Positions 17,609 through 27,133 of a stretch of 64,000 nucleotides of DNA are shown one piece after another. The translations under genes were made by a program, and so were the position numbers. The stretch's first letter is position 1; each line of letters starts with the position of its first letter. The stretch is from Candidatus Micrarchaeota archaeon (GTDB lineage: Archaea > Micrarchaeota > Micrarchaeia > Micrarchaeales > CABMGC01), in NCBI GenBank assembly GCA_021852055.1, contig JAJZOD010000003.1, forward strand, positions 15,884 through 79,883, read 5' to 3'. A model generated the notes under the pieces. The model did no database searches. It had not been told where the DNA came from and saw only the letters and a program-made list of their open reading frames with translations.

Positions 17609-19942
17609 TTAAGTTACGTTCGCGTATGACAGGCTTATGTTGTAAAGGCCGTAGTTGAAGTATGGGTACTTCGCGTAGTTAGGATTCTCCTGCGCAAGAG
17701 TAGAGTTCTGCTCGTAGAACAGCACCTGGTTGAAGCCTTGCGAGGCCTTTGTAGTGAAAGCAAACGTCTGCCTTGATGCAGTATAATTCGTAATGTTCAT
17801 GGTGGCTATCTGCGCTGTGCTGTTGAATACTGCAACCTCAGCGCTGCTGTAATAAGACAGCGCATCAAGATGAATAGTTATGGCTCCGTTTTTCGGTGAA
17901 AATATGTTTATTGCACGGACATTGCCGCCCCACCACATAGTTGCAAATTCGCTGTTGCACGATACTGCACTGCAGAACAGGTATCCCGGCACCCATGTCC
18001 CCACTATATATCCCAGAAGGTTGCTCTCTGATTTTGCGTTTATTGCACCGCTTGTCTGGAATATGGTAACATTCGAGTCCTGATATACATACCCGCCTAA
18101 TACACCTGAAAGATAGTTTACAAGTGAAGTGTAGCTCTGGTTGTCAAATGCCCTGTTTATTATTGAAACAAATCCAACCCTGTAATCTGGGTTTGCAAGC
18201 CATAACAAGGTAAGATTGCTGTAGTTTTCGTTTATAGGATATGGATAAATAAAGCCCTGATTTCCGGTAAGATAGTTTGTCTGTACAACAAGTGGTATAT
18301 CTTCAAGTGCTAGCTGCTGCGTCGTGTTGATTACGGCAGAGTAGCCGCCTACAAGCTGCTTTTTCGCAGCTGTTGCATACAGCATTGCCATTCCCGGATA
18401 TGCAAAGCTGCCGTTTTCTGCCGGAAGAGCAGGCAGCGAAAGCACAGAGAAGTTTGCTGAGAAGTTGCCGATATCATAAAATGCAGGCGGTATCCTTGCG
18501 TTTGCGGTAAGCTGTGCGGCAGATGTACCTGAAAACTGCATGCCGTTATACTCTATAAGTATTAAAGCAGACAGGATAACCACAGCCATAAACACCTTGT
18601 CGTGGAATACTCCCAACTTGCTTATCTTTTCGAATCCAAAGCCTGCAAGTATGGCCAGAGCCATCTCTGCAAACAAGTCGAACGCTCCGGGCCTACTGGC
18701 TGTATTAATCACAGGTATATACCTATAAACAAAGTATAAAAGAGGAATGCCTGTCACATTGCCTCCTGTTGCGTTTGTGCCTATGCTTACTGGCCCAGCC
18801 GGAGTGCCCTGGCGTGTGCCTGTAATCTGCAGTACAGGACCCATTGCAAGCAATGCGAATATTACTAATATGGAAGACCAGTACAGAACCTGCTTGCGTT
18901 CCTTCCCATACATAAAAGCAATCCCTATGGCTGAAAGTGCAGCAACAGTATAGCCGAAATAAGCAACCTTCTGCCCTGCCGAAGAGGTCGTCTGAACTCC
19001 TGTGTAGTTAAGCCCATAAGTTTCATTGTAATAATTTTTAGCAAGGCCTCCAAGAATGCCGTTGTAAAAGCTGGGCAGGAAGAATGAAGCCAGCGTATCG
19101 CTGTATAGCATCTGATGCGGTATATTGTTTAATTGAACCTGGGCGCTGGCAGAACTGCCCTGCCCCTGCGCAGATGCCATGAGTGCGATCATCGGGAGGC
19201 ATGCCAACAGTGCAACAATTACAATTACCCCTACAGGTTTGATTACTGCCCTGTCTATCCTCTTATCTATGGCCGCCAGAAGGAAAAAGCTCAGGCCTGC
19301 AAAGAACAGCGTCATTGCTGCCTGCTGCAGATCCCCGAAGAATGCAATAAGAAAGAAGACCACCCCAGCAGCAAATGCATGGCCCATTCTTTTCCTGTCT
19401 ATTGCTATAAGAAACAGCAAAACAAAAAGAGGCATGAATTCTATGCTTGTCCACTGCAGGCCGCTATACGACAGCGCTATATGCACCGGACTGAATGCAA
19501 AAATAAGCCCCGAAATAAATGCAGCGTAACTGTTTTTGATTATGTACTTTGCAAGCATGTACATGAACAAGCCTCCGAGGGCAAAACTCAAAAACAGAAG
19601 TACGTTATAAGCAAAAGCGAGGCTTATCTGCTGCAGTGGCCATGTAAGTACTCCAGCTACAGGCGCAAGCGCCTGTGCCTCAAGATTAGTCCCTACGGGA
19701 TAAAGTATAAAATTGCTGAAGTATGGGTTCTGATGCAGTACAAACATAGAGTATGGGGACCACCATAAGTTCCACATGCCCTGATAAGAAGCTCCTGCAT
19801 TGTTGAATACGCTGCCAGAGATGTTTGCTGCAATATTCCAGAATATTATCAGCGCTATAATCAGATATACGGCAAACGAACCTGCATGTTCACGAAAACT
19901 GCCATGCTTAAAGTATGCAGCAATATCAAGACTTAAAACCAT
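17609..19942 (-). CDS. Large polytopic membrane protein (GT-C-like candidate); paralogue of 9145..11496
   Basis: Shares MWNLWW, LYPVGTNL, SFFLPSFYNGILGG and SVLSLPALP...YPGMAMLY with the paralogue. The C-terminal domain is sequon-rich. Confidence 0.75.
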   Translation of the reverse strand: MVLSLDIAAYFKHGSFREHAGSFAVYLIIALIIFWNIAANISGSVFNNAGASYQGMWNLWWSPYSMFVLHQNPYFSNFILYPVGTNLEAQALAPVAGVLTWPLQQISLAFAYNVLLFLSFALGGLFMYMLAKYIIKNSYAAFISGLIFAFSPVHIALSYSGLQWTSIEFMPLFVLLFLIAIDRKRMGHAFAAGVVFFLIAFFGDLQQAAMTLFFAGLSFFLLAAIDKRIDRAVIKPVGVIVIVALLACLPMIALMASAQGQGSSASAQVQLNNIPHQMLYSDTLASFFLPSFYNGILGGLAKNYYNETYGLNYTGVQTTSSAGQKVAYFGYTVAALSAIGIAFMYGKERKQVLYWSSILVIFALLAMGPVLQITGTRQGTPAGPVSIGTNATGGNVTGIPLLYFVYRYIPVINTASRPGAFDLFAEMALAILAGFGFEKISKLGVFHDKVFMAVVILSALILIEYNGMQFSGTSAAQLTANARIPPAFYDIGNFSANFSVLSLPALPAENGSFAYPGMAMLYATAAKKQLVGGYSAVINTTQQLALEDIPLVVQTNYLTGNQGFIYPYPINENYSNLTLLWLANPDYRVGFVSIINRAFDNQSYTSLVNYLSGVLGGYVYQDSNVTIFQTSGAINAKSESNLLGYIVGTWVPGYLFCSAVSCNSEFATMWWGGNVRAINIFSPKNGAITIHLDALSYYSSAEVAVFNSTAQIATMNITNYTASRQTFAFTTKASQGFNQVLFYEQNSTLAQENPNYAKYPYFNYGLYNISLSYANVT

Positions 19943-20026
19943 AAAATCCGTTCTGCAGCCTAAGATGCCTGCTTTTATACCTTATCTACATAAACAAATA
20001 AAAAGGATTGCAGGAAGCAATGGGTT

Positions 20027-21625
20027 GTGCAAATGCCTAAAAGAAACGCTACAGAGAATATCGCATCATCGGCAGCAAAGACTGCATATATCCTATACGG
20101 CGGCCAGATATTCGCAATAATAATAAGCCTGGCAACATTTGTAGCTCTCGCAAGGCTTCTTGGTCCTGGCAGCTACGGGCTTTATGCATTTGCCATAAGC
20201 TTTGCAGCAATCATAGGCGGCTTCAGGAATTTCGGCATAGGGGCATACCTCAGCAAGGAGATATCAAAGAACCTTCACAGCAACGATGTCGATGGCATAT
20301 CACGTGCGATATCCTCCGGGCTTGCGCTCCTTTTTGTCCTGGCGTTTATACTGACATTAATAGGCTTGGGCCTGAGCGGAGTTGTTGCAAACGTTTTGTT
20401 CGGCAGCATCGGGATAAGTGTGCTGTCGTTGATTTTGGCATCGATGACTATATTCTTCATGATGTTCCAAAACGCTGCCATAATGGGGTTGATAGGGATA
20501 TCAAGGCCCAAGGCAGCAGCTGTTGCCACTATACTTATAGATGCAGTTCAGCTGATATCCATCCTGCTGTTGCTGCACTACGGCTTCGGGGTAAATGGCG
20601 CACTATTCGGGATGCTAATAGGATATATTGTCGGCGCAGTTATTGCAACTGCATACCTTGTGCGCGTTGCTTCAACCCATGCGGGATTCAGGATTTACAT
20701 ACCCTCCAAAAAAGAGCTCAAGCACGCCTTCAGCTTTGCAGCTCCGATAGGCGCCGTAAACATGCTAAATCAGGTGATGCAGAATGCTTCAGTTCTCATA
20801 CTCGGGCTTTTTGTAAGCGCAGAGATACTCGGCAACTACGGCGCAGCCCTCAAAGGCCTGGCCTTTACATCAGTAATAACAACGACCCTATCCTCTATAC
20901 TAATACCTGTTTTTTCCAAAGTGGCTGCAGGCAAATCGGATGCGGCAAGCAGAGACGCGACATATGACAAGGTGGTGCGCTACTCACTCATGCTGACGCT
21001 GCCAATATTGATTTACATAGGCGTCATGGCAAATCCCGGAGTTCACATCCTGCTCTCAAACAAATACGCTTATGCACCGCTTTATCTTACCTTAATATCA
21101 TTCGGAATTGCAATAAGCCTTGTAAGCATCTCAATCGGCAGCCTGATAATCTCACGTGGCGTCACGCGCAGGTATCTATACTACAGCGCAATAACCTCTG
21201 CAATAGAGCTGATATCCGCTGTTGTTCTTGTTCCATATTTCAAGGTCGTCGGTGTCATAGTTGCGGTCTTTGTGATAGGCAGCATTGTGTCAAACGCCCT
21301 GTTTATAAAATTATCCAGGGAAAAACTCAAGGCAAAACTAAATTATGGGAAAATATATCTGCTGTTGCTGTCAAACTTTATACTTGCAGTGCCTATGTAC
21401 GCCGCTCTCCTGGTTCCAAACTATGCAGCAGAGCTGGTAGCTGGCATCGTGATACTTCTTATTGCGTATCCTGCGATTCTCGCCTTCCTGCGCCTTGTTG
21501 ATAAAAAAGACCTTGACAGGATAGCTAATTCCACTTCAAAAATAATGTACTTGAGTTCAGCTGTTGATTATTTTTGCAGATACACGAAGTTTTTTGTTGA
21601 AAAGGTTGGTGCAGCAGATGCCTGA
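20027..21625 (+). CDS. Polysaccharide/oligosaccharide flippase, MOP superfamily (Wzx/RfbX-like)
   Basis: About 14 predicted TM segments with a typical Wzx-like N-terminus (GGQIFAIIISLATFVALARLLGPGSYGLY). GTG at 20027, ATG at 20033. Confidence 0.8.
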   Translation: MQMPKRNATENIASSAAKTAYILYGGQIFAIIISLATFVALARLLGPGSYGLYAFAISFAAIIGGFRNFGIGAYLSKEISKNLHSNDVDGISRAISSGLALLFVLAFILTLIGLGLSGVVANVLFGSIGISVLSLILASMTIFFMMFQNAAIMGLIGISRPKAAAVATILIDAVQLISILLLLHYGFGVNGALFGMLIGYIVGAVIATAYLVRVASTHAGFRIYIPSKKELKHAFSFAAPIGAVNMLNQVMQNASVLILGLFVSAEILGNYGAALKGLAFTSVITTTLSSILIPVFSKVAAGKSDAASRDATYDKVVRYSLMLTLPILIYIGVMANPGVHILLSNKYAYAPLYLTLISFGIAISLVSISIGSLIISRGVTRRYLYYSAITSAIELISAVVLVPYFKVVGVIVAVFVIGSIVSNALFIKLSREKLKAKLNYGKIYLLLLSNFILAVPMYAALLVPNYAAELVAGIVILLIAYPAILAFLRLVDKKDLDRIANSTSKIMYLSSAVDYFCRYTKFFVEKVGAADA

Positions 21626-23207
21626 TAAAAAAAATAGAAAGGAAGGTGCGGCAAAGCAGAGCTCTGCAAAAGAGCTCGGAGTAAGGACAGCGAGAGCAGC
21701 ATCCCTCCTAATTTCAGGAAGGTTCGTAAGCATAATAATAAGCGCAGCGATGTTTATAATAGTGGCAAGGCTGCTGCAGCCGCACAATTACGGCATATAT
21801 GTCTTGATAATGAGCGCAGCTACAATAATAAGCACCATAGGAAATCCTAACATAGGCAACTATCTCAAGGAAAGGATACCACGCCTTGCCGCGCAGAAAA
21901 AGACTGCAGAGGCAGGCACTGCACTGGGCGACGCGTTTCTAATATCTCTATGCATAGGCGCAGCCCTTCTTATAATATCGGTAATATTCGGCAACACCAT
22001 ATCCACTTATTTTCTCAAGGCCCCAAATTATAACTTTGCACTTGACCTTGGGTTCATAAGCGTGCTTGCAAGCCTGCTATACTCGACCTTCAACGATGCA
22101 CTTATAAGCATCAACAAGAGCGGCGGAGCTGCATTTGCTTCAATAGTGCACTCGACAATCCAGGCAGTAACTAGCGTATCACTGGTGTTTATGGGCTTTG
22201 GCATTATAGGTGCGCTGTCCGGGTTCACTATAGGGTTGGTTTTTGCATTCATATTCGAGCTTTACATTGCCAATAAGACGCATCCAATCAGGTTTGCAGT
22301 AAAAGGCATGGCCAAGCGTTTTGCAGAGGCGATAAACTTCTCAAAGTACCTTACGTTTTCAGGGGTGATAAGCAGCATAGTTTCTAACTTTTCTACGATA
22401 TATCTGAGCTTCTTTGTACTGCCATCCATAATAGGAGATTATGGCATAGCACAAAAGGCACTGTCAGCTATAGATGTAATAACCGGATCAATAGCGCTTG
22501 CCTTAATACCTATGTTCTCCGAAGCAAAGCAAAGGAGTCCGTCAGGTCCTGATGCAGGCAAGCTGTTCTACTATTCGATATATCTCAGCCTGCTTGTAGC
22601 GACTCCTATTGTGCTGTTCATATCCATATTTTCACATGTTCTTATAGTTCTGCTGTTCTCTGCAAGTTACGCTGGCGCCACGCTTTATATGCAGCTCATA
22701 ATGCTGAGTATTCCAATCTCAATATTTGGTGCATACGGAGTAAATTTTGTCATAGGCATAGGGGAGCCGGGCAAAGTAATGAAGTACACTTTAATAACGG
22801 GCCTTGTGTCTGTAGCAGCAATGGTGCCTCTTACAATGTATTTCGGTGTGGTAGGAACAATAGCAGCAATCTTTTATATAGGCAATATAATTCCTGGGAT
22901 GCTGTATGTAAAATACATACTCCGCCGCGGTGCAAAGCTGAATCTATCAAAAATTTCGCGCGTGATCCTTGCAAATGCAGTTCCCGCAATAGCGCTTTCC
23001 GCCATGCTTCTGCTTAATCTACAGCCAATCCTAGAATTGGTGCTTGGCGCAATCATATACCTAGCCATATACCCAATCCTGGCTGCAAAATTCGGAGCAA
23101 TAGAGGTAAAAGACATAGCCTTAATAAAAGAGTCAGGAGACAAGCTGCCTTTTGTAGGTGGTATACTGAATGCATTCCTTAACTACGCCGCAGCATTTAC
23201 ATCCTGA
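21618..23207 (+). CDS. Second MOP-superfamily flippase (Wzx-like)
   Basis: Paralogous architecture (GRFVSIIISAAMFIIVARLLQPHNYGIY). ATG 21618 overlaps the previous stop (ATGCCTGA). The listed 21564 start would lie inside the preceding gene. Confidence 0.8.
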   Translation: MPDKKNRKEGAAKQSSAKELGVRTARAASLLISGRFVSIIISAAMFIIVARLLQPHNYGIYVLIMSAATIISTIGNPNIGNYLKERIPRLAAQKKTAEAGTALGDAFLISLCIGAALLIISVIFGNTISTYFLKAPNYNFALDLGFISVLASLLYSTFNDALISINKSGGAAFASIVHSTIQAVTSVSLVFMGFGIIGALSGFTIGLVFAFIFELYIANKTHPIRFAVKGMAKRFAEAINFSKYLTFSGVISSIVSNFSTIYLSFFVLPSIIGDYGIAQKALSAIDVITGSIALALIPMFSEAKQRSPSGPDAGKLFYYSIYLSLLVATPIVLFISIFSHVLIVLLFSASYAGATLYMQLIMLSIPISIFGAYGVNFVIGIGEPGKVMKYTLITGLVSVAAMVPLTMYFGVVGTIAAIFYIGNIIPGMLYVKYILRRGAKLNLSKISRVILANAVPAIALSAMLLLNLQPILELVLGAIIYLAIYPILAAKFGAIEVKDIALIKESGDKLPFVGGILNAFLNYAAAFTS

Positions 23208-23230
23208 ATCTTTGTGCATCAGAACGCAGC

Positions 23231-24844
23231 TCAGTCACGCGCGGTGTTAGCAGTTTTGCTGGTGTTTGCTGATTTCAAAAGCCCGACAAACAGCGGCGCT
23301 GGTGCCTCAAGCCTGCTCCTTAGCTCCGGATGGGATTGCGTCGCAATTCCGAAGCCGTTTTTCCACTCGACAAATTCGACCAGTTTGTTGTCCATGGTGG
23401 TGCCGCTTATCACAAATCCCTTTTCCTCCATAAGCTCCCTGTAATTATTGTTAAATTCATATCTGTGCCTGTGCCTTTCCCCTATCTTTTCCCTGCCGTA
23501 CAGCGCATAAGCTGTAGTGCCGCTCTTCAGCTTGCACTCCCACAGCCCCAACCGCATTGTGCCTCCTTTGTCCTTAACGCTTTTCTGTTCGTCCATCAGG
23601 CTTATGACGTCGTGCTTAGTATTCGGGTCAAACTCAGATGAGTTGGCGTCTTCAAGCCCGCAGACGTTTCTTGCATACTCGACGCACATAAGCTGCATTC
23701 CAAGGCATATCCCAAGATACGGTATGCCTTTCTCTCTAGCATACTGTATACCTTTTATCATGCCTTCAATCCCGCGTTTTCCAAAACCGCCTGGAACTAT
23801 AAGCGCACCTATGCCGTCAAGTTTGCTCATATCCCCTTTTTCAAGGTCTTCTCCCTCAATCCAGCGCATAGTTGGCTTTATGGCAAGTTCTGCCCCAGCA
23901 TGCGCTACGGCCTCCTTTATGCTTGCATAAGAGTCAGACAAGCCTGTATATTTGCCTAGCACTCCTATCTCCACCTTTGCAGACGGATTAAGTATGTTGT
24001 TTATCTTATTCTTCCACATATCAAGCTTCTCGCTGTTTATGCTGTTTCCAAACCCCAGCTGCTCCATAAGCATCTTATCGAATCCCTGCTCCATAAAATG
24101 CAAAGGCAGCATATACACGCTTGCAAGGTCAGAATCATCAATAACCCTCTCTTTTGTGATGTTTGCAAAAAGGGCAAGCTTCTCCTTAGTTTTCTCGAGC
24201 AGCCTGTCAACGCTTCTGCACACTACAAAATCAGGCATGATCCCTGACTGCAGAAGATTTCTGAAGCCCTGTTGTGCGGGCTTGGTTTTCTGTTCACCCA
24301 CAACCTCCATCTTTGGTGTGTATGTAAGATTTATGAAAACAGTCGGCTCCTTAAGCGCCAGCTGTCGCATGGCCTCTATGAAGTAGCTGTTCTCCAGATC
24401 GCCAACAGTGCCGCCGACTTCTACAACAACAACGTCAAGATTGTTTTCTCTACCGACGTTCTGTATCATCTCTATGGCCCTGCTGGTAAGGTGCGGTATT
24501 ATCTGAACGTCTTCACCGAGATAGCCTCCCCTACGCTCCTTCTCTATTATTGAACCAAACAGCTTACCTCCTGTTATGGACTGATTGCCCTGCATGTTTT
24601 TATTAAGAAAGCGCTCATACAGCCCGAAATCCATATCAACTTCGCTTTTGTCATCAAGCACGAACACCTCTCCATGCCTGTAGGGGTTCATTGTGCCGCA
24701 GTCGTAGTTCAGGTACCCATCGAACTTTACCGGAAGTGCGCTATAATTGTAAAAATCGAGAAGCTTCAATATAGAGGAAGTGACAACCCCTTTGCCGAGG
24801 CCGCTCATAACAGAGCCAAGAATTACTACGTACTTGGTTTGCAT
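23231..24844 (-). CDS. pyrG: CTP synthase
   Basis: KYVVILGSVMSGLGKG is the N-terminal synthetase motif. GICLGMQ carries the glutamine-amidotransferase Cys, and HRHRYE is present. The start is chosen at MQTKYVV; the ORF extends to TTG 24865 and ATG 24862. Confidence 0.95.
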   Translation of the reverse strand: MQTKYVVILGSVMSGLGKGVVTSSILKLLDFYNYSALPVKFDGYLNYDCGTMNPYRHGEVFVLDDKSEVDMDFGLYERFLNKNMQGNQSITGGKLFGSIIEKERRGGYLGEDVQIIPHLTSRAIEMIQNVGRENNLDVVVVEVGGTVGDLENSYFIEAMRQLALKEPTVFINLTYTPKMEVVGEQKTKPAQQGFRNLLQSGIMPDFVVCRSVDRLLEKTKEKLALFANITKERVIDDSDLASVYMLPLHFMEQGFDKMLMEQLGFGNSINSEKLDMWKNKINNILNPSAKVEIGVLGKYTGLSDSYASIKEAVAHAGAELAIKPTMRWIEGEDLEKGDMSKLDGIGALIVPGGFGKRGIEGMIKGIQYAREKGIPYLGICLGMQLMCVEYARNVCGLEDANSSEFDPNTKHDVISLMDEQKSVKDKGGTMRLGLWECKLKSGTTAYALYGREKIGERHRHRYEFNNNYRELMEEKGFVISGTTMDNKLVEFVEWKNGFGIATQSHPELRSRLEAPAPLFVGLLKSANTSKTANTARD

Positions 24845-24944
24845 GGTTGATTTACATTCCATCAATTATTTAAAACATACGCATGGTCTTTGTTAGTTGC
24901 ATAAACATTATACAACGCACACACGAATGCACAGGCCAAAAGGC

Positions 24945-24956
24945 AAATATATAAAG
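24945..24956 (+). promoter_or_regulatory. TATA-box-like element upstream of the giant surface-protein operon
   Basis: AAATATATAAAG lies 36-47 nt upstream of the TTG start at 24992. Confidence 0.3.
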
Positions 24957-24991
24957 ATATAAACATCATCTTTTAGCATCGGTGCATTCAT

Positions 24992-27133
24992 TTGAAGGGA
25001 GTGGTATTCACAACTGACGCTGTATTTGCACTGCTTATAGTGTCATTGGCCATAACAATAATAGCATACTTCAATTATTCGGTAAGCGCCCCTTACTCCG
25101 CGGTTTCCTCCTCAACACAATCTGTGCTCAGTACCCTCGGTTCAACACCCTTTTCATCAGCAGGCTCTGACATGGTTGCGTATTCCATACTTAATGCGCA
25201 TAACGCAAGCGGTGAGAGCTGGACGCAGTACCACGGCAGCCTATCCGAAAGCAACTACGTTGCATACGGTCCCTCACTTCCTGACATAGCTTTTATATAC
25301 ACTGCAAACGCACCAATATCCACTAAAATAGTTTCAGGATATGGGAACGTGTACTTCGGCACTGCAACAAACGTTTATGCGCTGAACGCAACAACTGGAG
25401 CTCTTGCATGGACGTTTCCTGTTACTGGTGTTACGGGCTTTACCCTTTATGATAATATGCTCTTGTATTACAACTCTACTGGCATGGGAACTTTATCCGC
25501 CAATAACGGCACTAAAATATGGACTTCACAGACTCATGCAACACAGGTTGTAGCTTATAACAACTACCTTTATGCAATATACAACACCAGCTTGGAGGAT
25601 CCTAATCTTTACATACTCGGGGCCCAGAACGGCACACTCCTCTCTTCTATAAGCATATCAGCCAATCTCAGCGGCATCACAGTTTCGAACGGCACTCTTC
25701 TGCTATTTTACAACACCAACATATCTACGCTCAATACAGGTGGCGGCATAATAAATTCAGCCTACTCCGTTGCAAACACAAATCTTACTGCAGTAGACGG
25801 TTATATCTATACTGGTTTCGCTGTCACCGAAGCCTGTAGCTTTTATATGAATTTAACAGAACGCTTCTGCACTTTGCAGGCAGCAAACTTTACTGGCGCT
25901 GCTGCAGACAGCAATATAATAATAGTTGAGAACATCAACGGGACAGAGGCGTACCTTCAATCCGGCACTCTAATATGGAATGCGACACTTACGCCGTACG
26001 GTGCTGCGCTGCTGTATCCTATACTTACAAATAGCTCTGTCTACAGCATATGGTCTAACAATTACCTTGTAGATCAGAATGCGAGTACTGGAAATGTTTT
26101 ATGGAGTACACAGGTGCCCAGCACTTACGGCTCAATAAGCCAGATGTCAGCAGGATACGGTAATATATACCTCTCAGCAGGAGACAAGCTCATAGCTTAT
26201 GGGGCATGTACCTCACAGGTATACAAATCTGTGCTCCAAGAAGCAGTTCAGCTTTATTTACAAGGCGACGGGAGCTGCGCAACATACATTCTTAGCAGGT
26301 CGTACAATGCATCCAACTATGGTTTGTTCATAAACAACATGTACGCACCGTCGCTCAATGTCTCATCATTCAGCGGCACAGGGAGCTATGCATACGCAAA
26401 TCTCGGCGCGTACTTCGGTGAAAACAAACCGCTTACAGCTTCTGTATGGGCATATCTATCGCCAAGCACAAATGGCCCTCTCTTCGGAGTCGCAAGTTCG
26501 CCTCCAGGCAGCGGTTGGAATATGCCGTTCATAAGCGCAGACGGACTTACAGTTTATGGATGGATATGGGTTAATTCTCAAATGTCTTACACTGCCCCGT
26601 CCCCTGGATGGTATATGCTCACATTAACATACAACTCTTCTGGATCAGGCACAGAAATCTTCTATGTAAACGGTGCAGAAGTCGCAAATGTCATCGGGCA
26701 GTATAGCCCCTCAGGAGCCACTGATTACTGGACCACATATATCTCAGGATCAAAGCCTTCTGGTGTAAATACATATCTCACAGGCGATATTGCAGACGTC
26801 CAGGCATACGAAAGCATTCTTAATGCAACAGACATATCAAAGCTTTACAGCGAAGGCATCGGGGGCTCCCCGATCCCCGGCGCGCACAATACTGGCTGGT
26901 GGCTTCTCGAAGGCGATACAAACGATTACAGCGGTTATAACAACACAGCATATCCTGAAAATATTGCCTACGTGCCTGGCAACTACGTGCCTGCAGGCCT
27001 CTCAAGCGCGTACGGAATATCAGTTGCATCCGTGCTCTTGCCTTTCAATATGCATCAGGGGTTCAACGGCGGGAACTCTATATATTCTAACAAACCCAAA
27101 CTATACAAGGTCAGTGTGTACTCATGGAACTAA
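24992..27133 (+). CDS. Secreted/anchored protein: pilin-like (class III-type) N-terminus, PQQ-like beta-propeller and C-terminal LamG domain
   Basis: TTG start. MKG|VVFTTDAVFALLIVSLAITII fits the K-G-hydrophobic class III motif. PQQ-type repeats are present (VYALNATTGALAWTF, NASTGNVLWSTQV, NIYLSAGDKLIAYG). The LamG tail reads DIADVQAYESILNATDISKLYSEG. Confidence 0.75.
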   Translation: MKGVVFTTDAVFALLIVSLAITIIAYFNYSVSAPYSAVSSSTQSVLSTLGSTPFSSAGSDMVAYSILNAHNASGESWTQYHGSLSESNYVAYGPSLPDIAFIYTANAPISTKIVSGYGNVYFGTATNVYALNATTGALAWTFPVTGVTGFTLYDNMLLYYNSTGMGTLSANNGTKIWTSQTHATQVVAYNNYLYAIYNTSLEDPNLYILGAQNGTLLSSISISANLSGITVSNGTLLLFYNTNISTLNTGGGIINSAYSVANTNLTAVDGYIYTGFAVTEACSFYMNLTERFCTLQAANFTGAAADSNIIIVENINGTEAYLQSGTLIWNATLTPYGAALLYPILTNSSVYSIWSNNYLVDQNASTGNVLWSTQVPSTYGSISQMSAGYGNIYLSAGDKLIAYGACTSQVYKSVLQEAVQLYLQGDGSCATYILSRSYNASNYGLFINNMYAPSLNVSSFSGTGSYAYANLGAYFGENKPLTASVWAYLSPSTNGPLFGVASSPPGSGWNMPFISADGLTVYGWIWVNSQMSYTAPSPGWYMLTLTYNSSGSGTEIFYVNGAEVANVIGQYSPSGATDYWTTYISGSKPSGVNTYLTGDIADVQAYESILNATDISKLYSEGIGGSPIPGAHNTGWWLLEGDTNDYSGYNNTAYPENIAYVPGNYVPAGLSSAYGISVASVLLPFNMHQGFNGGNSIYSNKPKLYKVSVYSWN

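Noticed and set aside
19133-19768. 211-aa ORF antisense to the 17609..19942 membrane protein
   Set aside because: This is a shadow ORF with Cys/Arg/Lys-rich nonsense composition.
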